32,000 nucleotides of DNA, from NCBI RefSeq assembly GCF_000284455.1, contig NC_017039.1, forward strand, positions 2,070,001-2,102,000. The letters are read 5' to 3'. The notes beneath the pieces are model-generated. The model was not told the DNA's origin. It did no database searches and saw nothing but the letters and a program-made list of their open reading frames with translations. How positions within the stretch are numbered: position 1 is the first letter of the stretch; each line of letters begins with the position of its first letter. A program made the translations under genes and the position numbers. This DNA is from Synechocystis sp. PCC 6803 substr. PCC-P. GTDB taxonomy: Bacteria > Cyanobacteriota > Cyanobacteriia > Cyanobacteriales > Microcystaceae. Shown here in pieces: positions 8,712 to 15,956 of this stretch.

Positions 8712-10547
8712 ATGAATACTCGCTTTTTCCTCAATTTCCTCACTGCCCCCAAACGTAATGCCGGCTTTGCCATGCCCATGGTGATTATGGGCGGTTTGGT
8801 GATTACGGTGGCGGCCGCCGCTATTGCTATGAAGGGGATGAATGATCAAAATCAGGTCACAGCGAAGGCAGCTAAGTCCTCTAGTGACGCAGCAGCGGAG
8901 ACCGGCTTAGCGCGTGTTCAAGGTTTGCTTGCAAGCAGTAAATATGCAGCTCTTTTCGACGATTCTGATTGGGCAACCTTAATACAGTCGGATGGAACAC
9001 CAAACAGCGAAACTACCCTTGGAGCTGTTCTTGAAGAGCATCTAAATTCGGTATCAAGCAACAGTGGGTCTATCTGTAGTGAGGGGAGCTCTTCTGGCGT
9101 TGATTCGGCTAAACTTGCATCTCAAAAACAAGTCTTAGGCAAACTTCGTGAGTTAGCTACTGAAGCGTCTGCTGGTCAAGTAGAACCGATTAATAGCAAT
9201 AGCTCTTTTCGTATAGTAAGTTACAAAGTTGGAGTTGAAGAAGAGAACAAAGGCAAAATTCCCCAAGGTCAAGTTATTGGGCGTCTAGTTGTTGAGGGAG
9301 TGTCTAGCAAAGGAGCAACTGACGCCGTAACCCGTTTGATGGTGGATATTCCTATTTCTGGAAAACCAGGAACTTCCACTTTTGGTGGTTCGGATACGGT
9401 GCCTGCACTTTGGATATCAGAAGGCGGTGTTGATAAGGGTACTGCTGGTGACACTGTAGATACAACAGGTACTCCCGCTGTTCCTAAGACTGGTGAAATA
9501 AGAGGAAATATAGTCCTGGCAGGGTGTGGTTCCACAGATTTAACTGATGCTTATATTGATGATCTTAACTCAATACAGAACGCTGCTGGGGGATTTGCCG
9601 CTGTAAGGGCATCTACCCCAATGCCTTCCATCCCATTGTCGGCTTTAGCATCGGCAAGATCTCAGAATCGTGTATATACACTAAACGTGGGGAATAACGA
9701 TTCAATCTCTCTCCCCCGAAGTGGAGAACAGCCGGTTGACGGTTACTATTACTATGAATCTAGTAGTTTAGACAGAAAGTTTGAGCTTAACTTTGACAAT
9801 ACTGGAGGAAAGAAATACCGTCTGTATGTAACTGGTGACATTGGTAGAAATGCGGAAATCAACGGAACTTGTAATACAGCTGATGGTTGCCAGCCGACAG
9901 ATATCCAAATATTTGGTCTTTCGAGTAGTGGTTCAATTTGCATGAATGGAAACTCGAGCCGAACGACGAAAGCTTTTGTTCTTGCCCCCAATTACGATAT
10001 AGGTCGCACAGGAAATGGGAGTTATGAAGGAATGCTTTTGGGTAAGACTTATGCCAAAGGCAATTGTGCTGTAAATAATGGCAAATTGGCTGTTACCCAA
10101 ACCTCTCAAACCTGGGGATCGGTTCCTCCTGACCTACGTCCACTTACCGCTCCATCACCTACCCTTACATCATTTTCTAGCTGGTCTCAGATTGACTCCA
10201 GTTTAGCTGATGATGATGCTATAACTGAGCCCCCAATTTACACAGGTTCCTTCTTAACAGCTTCTTCTAGTCCATCTCCCAGTCCCAGTCCATCTCCTAG
10301 TCCCAGCCCGTCTCCCAGTCCCAGCCCATCTCCCAGTCCCAGTCCATCTCCCAGTCCCAGCCCGTCTCCCAGTCCCAGTCCATCTCCCAGTCCCAGTCCA
10401 TCTCCCAGTCCCAGCCCATCTCCCAGTCCCAGCCCATCTCCTACCCCAGTTACCGTAAATGTACAGAACAAGAAGGCTTGCGATGATCTAGGAGGGACGT
10501 ACTCTCAAAGCGGGAATAACAAAACCTGTACTTACATTCCTCGGTAG
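8712..10547 (+). CDS. Large pilin-like (prepilin N-terminus) surface/secreted protein with a C-terminal (Pro-Ser)n tail
   Basis: 611-aa ORF with N-terminal '[42 protein letters not shown]' (short basic leader, G/F junction, hydrophobic helix), a long body, '(PS)n', and C-terminal '[22 protein letters not shown]'. Confidence 0.85.
   Translation: MNTRFFLNFLTAPKRNAGFAMPMVIMGGLVITVAAAAIAMKGMNDQNQVTAKAAKSSSDAAAETGLARVQGLLASSKYAALFDDSDWATLIQSDGTPNSETTLGAVLEEHLNSVSSNSGSICSEGSSSGVDSAKLASQKQVLGKLRELATEASAGQVEPINSNSSFRIVSYKVGVEEENKGKIPQGQVIGRLVVEGVSSKGATDAVTRLMVDIPISGKPGTSTFGGSDTVPALWISEGGVDKGTAGDTVDTTGTPAVPKTGEIRGNIVLAGCGSTDLTDAYIDDLNSIQNAAGGFAAVRASTPMPSIPLSALASARSQNRVYTLNVGNNDSISLPRSGEQPVDGYYYYESSSLDRKFELNFDNTGGKKYRLYVTGDIGRNAEINGTCNTADGCQPTDIQIFGLSSSGSICMNGNSSRTTKAFVLAPNYDIGRTGNGSYEGMLLGKTYAKGNCAVNNGKLAVTQTSQTWGSVPPDLRPLTAPSPTLTSFSSWSQIDSSLADDDAITEPPIYTGSFLTASSSPSPSPSPSPSPSPSPSPSPSPSPSPSPSPSPSPSPSPSPSPSPSPSPSPSPSPSPSPTPVTVNVQNKKACDDLGGTYSQSGNNKTCTYIPR
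10272..10433 (+). repeat. In-frame tandem repeat, 9 copies of an 18-bp unit (CCATCTCCCAGTCCCAGT), encoding (PSPSPS)9
   Basis: Read directly: nine 18-bp units differing only at A/G, C/T and T/C positions. A partial tenth copy ends in 'ccatctcct'. Confidence 0.95.
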
Positions 10548-10619
10548 CCCGTAGAGTGTTTTCCTCCCCCTTCATTAAGCCCAAAAATCTCTAGCAAAAC
10601 AATATCAAAATTACTTTAG

Positions 10620-10646
10620 GCAGACTCCAGCAGTTTGCTTTTTTTT
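10620..10646 (+). terminator. Putative Rho-independent terminator downstream of the pilin-like gene
   Basis: GCAGAC-tccagca-GTTTGC stem-loop (one G-T pair) followed by a T8 run. Confidence 0.5.
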
Positions 10647-10690
10647 GCTTATTTTCCCAGAATTAAAGGCACAACCGTAAAGATAGAATT

Positions 10691-11743
10691 TTACTTCTTT
10701 CTCACCCAACCATTAATGGTAAATCGACTATCTGCAAAAGCTTGGGAAGGACAGTTTACTGGTAGAACTTCGTGCATATAGCGACTGAGAAAAAAGACAA
10801 TGCTGTTATTAACTGGCTGTACAGTTTTAAATGATTCAGCGGCTACATAAAAATTATTTTCGATTTTACTGTCATAAATGGCTAGCTCTCCACCAGAAAA
10901 GGCTTTAGGCTCTCGGTTAAAGTAATAAACATAGGTTAATTCACGGGTAGCAGAATCGGGGCTACCATTATCATTATGTACTTTGTAATAATTTCCATGG
11001 TTATGGGCAGTAAGTTGAGCTTCTACATAATCAATTTGAAAAGGTTGTATTTGTAGATCACTAATCAGTTGGGGTAAAATTGCCTTTACTCGTTCTATTA
11101 TTAATTCTGAAAACGGCGCAAAAATCGGCAAAAACATAGAGCGACGATAATCAGAATCATTAGCTGAATTGCTTGTAGGCAGGAAATTATTTTCATTCTG
11201 AATTACAAATTTAAACAACTGCTCTAACTCTGTAGCACTCAAAAAATCTTTCACCTGAATAAAATGGGATGGCAAAATTTCTGGTGAAGCTTGGGGAGTA
11301 GCTGAAGTAGACTGTCGCTCTATCTGAATTTGACCTATAGATGAATTATTAGATAAGTTTTTATAAAAGTTGTGATTAATTAGAAATGAAGGTGCGTAGG
11401 ATTCTTCAGCTTGGCTAACAGTTGATTGTGAAGAGGATTCGACTTGAGACTGGTTAATAATTTGCCAAAGTTTGTAATTACCCTGATGGCTAACTAAAGT
11501 GCAAACAAAATTTCGCCAAGCAAACTGAAATAATACCTCTTGAGTTTTCAACATATTTAAGGTGTCTGCATCAAACTCTAGCAAAATACACAATTCTTCC
11601 GTCGTTATCCAGAATTCGGAATCACTAACTTGCTTAACTAAGTTAAGTTGCTGAATTACCGCATGAAGTTTACTTTGCAATGGTTCTTGCATGATTCTGG
11701 TCATAGTAGTTAAAAGAGTATTGACAATCTCTTCAATAATCAT
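10691..11743 (-). CDS. 2OG-Fe(II) oxygenase with prolyl 4-hydroxylase-like C-terminal domain
   Basis: 350-aa ORF with C-terminal 'VKDFLSATELEQLF', 'HGNYYKVHNDNG' (HxD), 'RELTYVYYFNREPKAFSGGELAIYD', 'FFLSRYMHEVLPV' (distal His) and 'SRFTINGWVRKK' (2OG-binding Arg). Confidence 0.85.
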   Translation of the reverse strand: MIIEEIVNTLLTTMTRIMQEPLQSKLHAVIQQLNLVKQVSDSEFWITTEELCILLEFDADTLNMLKTQEVLFQFAWRNFVCTLVSHQGNYKLWQIINQSQVESSSQSTVSQAEESYAPSFLINHNFYKNLSNNSSIGQIQIERQSTSATPQASPEILPSHFIQVKDFLSATELEQLFKFVIQNENNFLPTSNSANDSDYRRSMFLPIFAPFSELIIERVKAILPQLISDLQIQPFQIDYVEAQLTAHNHGNYYKVHNDNGSPDSATRELTYVYYFNREPKAFSGGELAIYDSKIENNFYVAAESFKTVQPVNNSIVFFLSRYMHEVLPVNCPSQAFADSRFTINGWVRKK

Positions 11744-11830
11744 TTTCTCATGATCAAAATCCTTTAGGCAGATCCCAGTGGTTTATCTTCTTTTTTGGCC
11801 GCTTTTTCTGTGGTGGCATTTCTGGTCTGA

Positions 11831-11874
11831 GGTTATTTGGCGGTCAAGAATAGGATAGCGCTTGGCGATCAGGG
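11831..11874 (+). repeat. Copy A of a degenerate approximately 44-bp direct repeat flanking the PIN toxin-antitoxin locus
   Basis: 'ggttatttggcggtcaagaataggatagcgcttggcgatcaggg' aligns ungapped with 12604..12647 at about 35/44 positions, counted by eye. Confidence 0.55.
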
Positions 11875-11969
11875 GGGAGAGGTTGACAGATGCCCAGCCC
11901 TATTGGCAGTGGGCTTGCTGAGCTTGTGTTAGCATAGAGCTATTATCGATTGATTAAGATGTCAAAACT

Positions 11970-12197
11970 ATGACCAAACCAACGATAGAACTATCAGAGA
12001 GTGTATTTAAAAAAATTCAGGTACTTTCTCCGGAAAACCAAAAACAAATTCTAGATTTTCTAGAATCTATAACAGCAAATTCCGATGAAACTCAAGAAAA
12101 AAAAGCAACTAGAATTTCAGGATTGTATCAAGGACAAGGCTGGATAAGTGATGATTTTAATGATCCTCTAACGGATGAGTTTTTTTCGGAAGTCTGA
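11970..12197 (+). CDS. Putative antitoxin (DUF2281/VapB-like) of a PIN-domain toxin
   Basis: 75-aa ORF 'MTKPTIELSESVFKKIQVLSPENQKQILDFLESI...GLYQGQGWISDDFNDPLTDEFFSEV' ending 3 nt before the PIN-toxin ATG. Confidence 0.75.
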   Translation: MTKPTIELSESVFKKIQVLSPENQKQILDFLESITANSDETQEKKATRISGLYQGQGWISDDFNDPLTDEFFSEV

Positions 12198-12200
12198 TTT

Positions 12201-12587
12201 ATGGAACTGCTGTTAGATACTCATGCCTTTGTTTGGTGATCAATTGCTCAGGAAAAACTATCTTCAAAAGTAAGTTCTTTATTGTCAAACACAAGTAACA
12301 AAATATTTTTGAGTACAGCAAGTGCATGGGAGATACAAATTAAACTGCAACTTGGAAAGTTACAACTTAACATTTCCCCAGAAGAATTAATCAAAAATCA
12401 AATGACCATCAATGGTTTGCAGGTTCTGTCTATTGACTTGGAGCATATCTGGAAACTGGCGGTTCTTGAACATCACCATAAAGATCCCTTTGATCGAATC
12501 TTAATTGCCCAATCTATGACCGAAGAAATTCCGATTTTAAGTATTGATAAAGTCTTCGATCTTTACCCGGTTCAAAAACTTTGGTAA
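12201..12587 (+). pseudogene. PIN-domain (VapC-like) toxin interrupted by an in-frame TGA at codon 13
   Basis: ATG at 12201 reads MELLLDTHAFVW-TGA(12237-12239)-SIAQEKLSSKVSSLLSNTSNKIFLSTASAWEIQIKLQLGKL...HHHKDPFDRILIAQSM... in one frame. ORF 12282..12587 is the remainder. Confidence 0.85.
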
Positions 12588-12603
12588 CTGTTCAGGCGGT
12601 CAG

Positions 12604-12647
12604 GGTTAACTGACGATCAAGGATCGGATTGTGCTTGGCGATCGGGT
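12604..12647 (+). repeat. Copy B of the degenerate approximately 44-bp direct repeat
   Basis: 'ggttaactgacgatcaaggatcggattgtgcttggcgatcgggt'. See copy A at 11831..11874. Confidence 0.55.
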
Positions 12648-12748
12648 ATTAACGGCGATCCACATTAACCATGGGCTTATTTCCACCATGCTAGAATAGG
12701 GGCACAACTGACTTAAAGCAGTGTCTCCCACAGATTAGCGACCTTAAA

Positions 12749-13033
12749 ATGAATTCACTTTCTTTTGAATGGGACGAAGAAAAGAATCGAACCAATCAGA
12801 AAAAACATGGTATTTCTTTTGAGGAAGCTGAGACTGTTTTCTACGATGACAATGCTATTCAGTTTTGGGATGATAATCATTCAGAAGTAGAAGATAGATT
12901 CCTAATGCTGGGTAGAAGTTCCAGAATGAGAATCCTGCTAATTGTTCACTGCTTCCAAGAGAATGAATCTATCATCAGAATTATTTCTGCTCGCAAGGCT
13001 ACTCCTAAAGAAACGAAACAATATAGAGGATAA
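12749..13033 (+). CDS. brnT: BrnT-family toxin
   Basis: 94-aa ORF 'LSFEWDEEKNRTNQKKHGISFEEAETVFYDDNAIQFWDDNHSEVEDRFLMLGRSSRMRILLIVHCFQENESIIRIISARKATPKETKQYRG', the classic BrnT signature. Confidence 0.93.
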   Translation: MNSLSFEWDEEKNRTNQKKHGISFEEAETVFYDDNAIQFWDDNHSEVEDRFLMLGRSSRMRILLIVHCFQENESIIRIISARKATPKETKQYRG

Positions 13034-13037
13034 TATT

Positions 13038-13244
13038 ATGAAGAAAGAGTATGATCTAGCCAACATGAAAAGCCGTCCTAATCCTTTTGCTCAAAAGCTT
13101 AAACAAAAAGTTACTTTACCTTTGGGAATTGATGTAGTTGATTTTTTTGAAAAGAAAGCACAAGAAAAAGGCATTTCTTATCAAGAAATAATTGAATTAT
13201 ATCTTCAAGATTGTGTTGTTAATAATCGAGAACTTTCATTTTAA
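13038..13244 (+). CDS. BrnA-like antitoxin partner of the BrnT toxin
   Basis: ATG at 13038, 4 nt after the brnT stop. 68 aa: 'MKKEYDLANMKSRPNPFAQKLKQKVTLPLGIDVVDFFEKKAQEKGISYQEIIELYLQDCVVNNRELSF' (ribbon-helix-helix-like). Confidence 0.8.
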   Translation: MKKEYDLANMKSRPNPFAQKLKQKVTLPLGIDVVDFFEKKAQEKGISYQEIIELYLQDCVVNNRELSF

Positions 13245-13299
13245 ATGCTCAGCTGACGGACAGGTGTTTTTGTGTTTGTAACCAGAGTAGCTCTCAAAT

Positions 13300-13569
13300 A
13301 TGAAACCATCTATTTCAGAAACTACCAACTCCATATTCCCCAATGGGCAGGACTCAGCTTCGCCGGGATTACTTTCACGTTTGTGGTCTTGGATCAACTC
13401 CTACGGGGGTTTGTCCGACTTGAAGAAGTACAACGCCGAACTGAGGAAGAGCAACGCCGAATTAAGCAAACAGAACGAGAAACTCGCCGAGCTAGAATTG
13501 AAACTCGATAACGTATTGCAATCATCCAGCACCAACTTGACCCCAACAATCTCCACCGACAACAATTAG
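13300..13569 (+). CDS. Small hypothetical protein with coiled-coil heptads (reading frame uncertain; overlaps ORF 13272..13511)
   Basis: 89-aa ORF 'MKPSISETTNSIFPNGQDSASPGLLSRLWSWINSYGGLSDLKKYNAELRKSNAELSKQNEKLAELELKLDNVLQ...'. Confidence 0.35.
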   Translation: MKPSISETTNSIFPNGQDSASPGLLSRLWSWINSYGGLSDLKKYNAELRKSNAELSKQNEKLAELELKLDNVLQSSSTNLTPTISTDNN

Positions 13570-13685
13570 GGGATATTCAAGCACTTCTCGAAGAATATCT
13601 AGATACCCTTTAGCCAATTGGCTATCTGTGAGGTATTGGCAATCGGGCTAAAATGGGGGAAACTTTGCCCCAACAATTGCCAAAC

Positions 13686-13937
13686 ATGAACGCAGTCAGC
13701 CAAATTATTGCACAACAAAAACTTGCAGCTATCATGGAGCAAGTATGTAGTGATCATGTTCCAACAATTATCACCAGGGATACCCAACCATCTGTCGTCA
13801 TGATTTCCCTGGAAGACTATCAGTCATTAGAAGAAACAGCATATCTACTACGTAGCCCGAACAATGCTCAAAAATTGATGTCGGCGATCAAGCAATTAGA
13901 AAATGATCAAGGTGTCGAAAGGGAACTATTGGAGTGA
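13686..13937 (+). CDS. Phd/YefM-family antitoxin (track ORF begins at 13653; internal ATG at 13686 matches the family start)
   Basis: 'MNAVSQIIAQQKLAAIMEQVCSDHVPTIITRDTQPSVVMISLEDYQSLEETAYLLRSPNNAQKLMSAIKQLE' is closely similar in pattern to the antitoxin at 2521..2784. Confidence 0.88.
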   Translation: MNAVSQIIAQQKLAAIMEQVCSDHVPTIITRDTQPSVVMISLEDYQSLEETAYLLRSPNNAQKLMSAIKQLENDQGVERELLE

Positions 13938-14090
13938 AGCTAATTTTCTCTGAGCAAGCCTGGAGCGATTATCTTTACTGGCAACAAAACGACAAGAAAA
14001 TACTTAAAAGAATCAATACCTTAGTTGAATTAATTTGATAGAAAAAGACGACCACCTTAACGGCGATCGCCAAACTGTTCAGCTCGTCAA
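13934..14090 (+). pseudogene. Truncated Txe/YoeB toxin remnant
   Basis: GTG at 13934, in a GTGA overlap with the antitoxin stop, gives 34 aa 'VKLIFSEQAWSDYLYWQQNDKKILKRINTLVELI' and then TGA TAG. A shifted frame continues as 'INLIEKDDHLNGDRQTVQLVK', resembling the conserved '..DPFDGIGKPEPLK' segment. The 3' limit is approximate. Confidence 0.8.
14063..14070. repeat. HIP1 octamer GCGATCGC that ends the long HIP1-free interval (one of roughly 34 exact copies in the window)
   Basis: Direct reading 'aacggcgatcgccaaac'. Other examples: 1, 2306, 16643, 17596, 25528 and 29713 (approximate starts). Confidence 0.9.
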
Positions 14091-14131
14091 AGTAACTAAC
14101 TAAAAAGCCAGTCAGCTACCACAACAAAAAA

Positions 14132-14956
14132 TTAAACATCGGTGTCCACTCGACCGTAGAAAATGCCCCGGACTTTAACATCAAGGGGTTCTTTAGCACC
14201 CAAATCAGTGTCAGAGGGTTGCTCGCTTTCAAAAATACCGGCAATTTCCCCAGTGGAACCATCAACCTGGGTCACCTGCAAGGAAAGGGTTCCTTTACCC
14301 AAGGGGGTTTCCTTCTTGTTGGTACGGAATTTATCCGCCGCTGAAGGCAGAGCTACCGCATTGTCATAACCAGTGTATAGACCCCGGGCTTTGGGATCCA
14401 AGAAACCAGCCCCCCGGTAGGAAGGCACATTGAAATCCCCAACAAAATCGGTGGAACTATTGATGGAAGTAAAGCCAGGCTCCGTAGTGCCAGTAAAATT
14501 TTTCACCGTGAAAAAGAAGGGTACTTCTTCACCACCGGGAAGTAATACCGTAATCGGCTGGAAGTCAATGCCATCTTTTTCTTTAAAAGTCAACGTTCCA
14601 TCAGCACCCACTGCAATGCTGCCGCGGATCTGTTCTAGGCTAGTGGTTTGACGGGTCAGAACCTTACCTTTAACGTACTCAGCCTTTTGGCGCTTATTAA
14701 CGGGCTCTTCCTTAACAAAATACTCCTGGGGCTCCATACAGAAGTCAGAAACAAAATACTTAGTATTCGGTTCCACCTCAATGGTTCCTCTGGTGAAGGA
14801 AGAAATTTCAGGGCAAACGTTAGCTAGACCCGTATTTACAATGTCATCGTAGGTAAGCTGGCTCTTATCAACCGCAAAGGCACTGCCGCTATATAAAAAC
14901 GTTAGTAGTCCAAAGCAGACTGAAAGCAAAGCCACAATAGACGGACGAAACCTCAT
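14132..14956 (-). CDS. psbO: Photosystem II manganese-stabilizing protein PsbO
   Basis: 274-aa ORF with signal peptide and 'KSQLTYDDIVNTGLANVCPEISSFTRGTIEVEPNTKYFVSDFCMEPQEYFVKEEP', 'FVGDFNVPSYRGAGFLDPKARGLYTGYDNAVALP', 'GTLSLQVTQVDGSTGEIAGIFESEQPSDTDLGAKEP'. Confidence 0.98.
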   Translation of the reverse strand: MRFRPSIVALLSVCFGLLTFLYSGSAFAVDKSQLTYDDIVNTGLANVCPEISSFTRGTIEVEPNTKYFVSDFCMEPQEYFVKEEPVNKRQKAEYVKGKVLTRQTTSLEQIRGSIAVGADGTLTFKEKDGIDFQPITVLLPGGEEVPFFFTVKNFTGTTEPGFTSINSSTDFVGDFNVPSYRGAGFLDPKARGLYTGYDNAVALPSAADKFRTNKKETPLGKGTLSLQVTQVDGSTGEIAGIFESEQPSDTDLGAKEPLDVKVRGIFYGRVDTDV

Positions 14957-15233
14957 GGTTTAACCTCGCTTAAGTCAATCTCAAATTTTTTGTCTTTTTC
15001 AGGCCTTGTCCGGCTCCAGACTTACACGGATGCAACCCTAGGGATTATGGACAAAATAGGCATATTTTAACGAGATCCACTCTACCAAACTTTCGTTACC
15101 TTACCAGCCATATGGCCGGAAGGGGCATTTCCGCAACAGGTCAGAGCAAGGCTTTGGCCACAAACCACTATCATTTGGGTTGGTGTTTGTTTGCGAACAG
15201 CCCATCTGCCTAACTGAGCTTTATTTGGAATCA

Positions 15234-15560
15234 ATGGAATCGATCAACCAAAAATTATGTCTAACTCCCGAGTTAGAAGCCCTCATGACCACCACCGAAG
15301 CCCTGGCGGAAGATTACCAGGACGACCATGACCGTTTGCTACAGCTCCTAAGGGTTCTGGAATCTCTGCACCGTCACATTCGCATCGACTATTTTGAACC
15401 GGCCTTGCCCAATACCCGTCGGGGTCTATATGGCCTACTAAGGGATATCGAAGAAAGTGGCGGCTGGCCATACATTGAGCGGGGTAAGCTGAGTCATTTC
15501 ATCAAGAATTTGCAGGAAAGCCTGGAGCAGGAGGTGGAGTCCCTGGGGGAATTAGATTAG
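15234..15560 (+). CDS. Conserved hypothetical protein (track ORF starts 15180)
   Basis: 108-aa ORF 'MESINQKLCLTPELEALMTTTEALAEDYQDDHDRLLQLLRVLESLHRHIRIDYFEPALPNTRRGLYGLLRDIEESGGWPYIERGKLSHFIKNLQESLEQEVESLGELD'. Confidence 0.65.
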   Translation: MESINQKLCLTPELEALMTTTEALAEDYQDDHDRLLQLLRVLESLHRHIRIDYFEPALPNTRRGLYGLLRDIEESGGWPYIERGKLSHFIKNLQESLEQEVESLGELD

Positions 15561-15630
15561 GACCATAACTATTCTCCCAAAAAGCAACGGCCGTGTGGGG
15601 AAAGGCTGAAAGGCTTATAGATTGACGAAA

Positions 15631-15702
15631 CTGGGGTGCTAGGATTCGAACCTAGGAATGGCGGGACCAAAACCCGCTGCCTTACCGCTTGGCTACACCC
15701 CA
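15631..15702 (-). tRNA. trnQ: tRNA-Gln (anticodon TTG)
   Basis: Reverse complement: TGGGGTGTAGCCAAGCGGTAAGGCAGCGGGTTTTGGTCCCGCCATTCCTAGGTTCGAATCCTAGCACCCCAG. Complete cloverleaf, GGTTCGAATCC T arm, anticodon loop TTTTGGT. Confidence 0.96.
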
Positions 15703-15892
15703 TTGATTAACCTTTGTTATTCTACCAGCACCATTCCAAGTTCTGTCAAGCTCCCCTGAAAAATTTGCATCCGGGTCGGGAACAGGGATTTTGGCCGGGA
15801 GCCACAGGGTTAAGCACATCGCCCATTAATGAGCACTGTCACAGTGATTGGAGTTGACAAAAGGCAACGGTCATTAAAAATAAAGGAAAGAA

Positions 15893-15929
15893 AAAACTGT
15901 CTGCCTCCCAGAATCACGGGGAGACAGGG
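15893..15929 (-). terminator. Rho-independent terminator of the minus-strand gene 15957..16319
   Basis: Minus strand: CTGTCTCCC-cgtgattct-GGGAGGCAGACAG followed by TTTTTT. Confidence 0.75.
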
Positions 15930-15956
15930 CCCTACCAAGACAAGCAAATTGATCAG

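Noticed and set aside
10272-10433. Possible CRISPR-like regular repeat
   Set aside because: The units are contiguous 18-mers with no spacers, lie within a coding frame, and are not accompanied by cas genes.
10238-10471. Minus-strand ORF of (GLGDGL)n repeats
   Set aside because: It is the antisense reading of the 18-bp repeat array inside the plus-strand pilin-like gene. It is not an independent gene.
13612-13623. 12-bp palindrome AGCCAATTGGCT before the second YefM antitoxin
   Set aside because: It could be an operator, but a single short palindrome is weak, and the intact paralogous locus shows no matching element in the sequence I examined.
15852-15890. TTGACA-like -35 on the plus strand in the trnQ / secreted-protein intergenic region
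   Set aside because: No convincing -10 at proper spacing and no downstream plus-strand gene or sRNA structure. The region is better explained by the minus-strand terminator.
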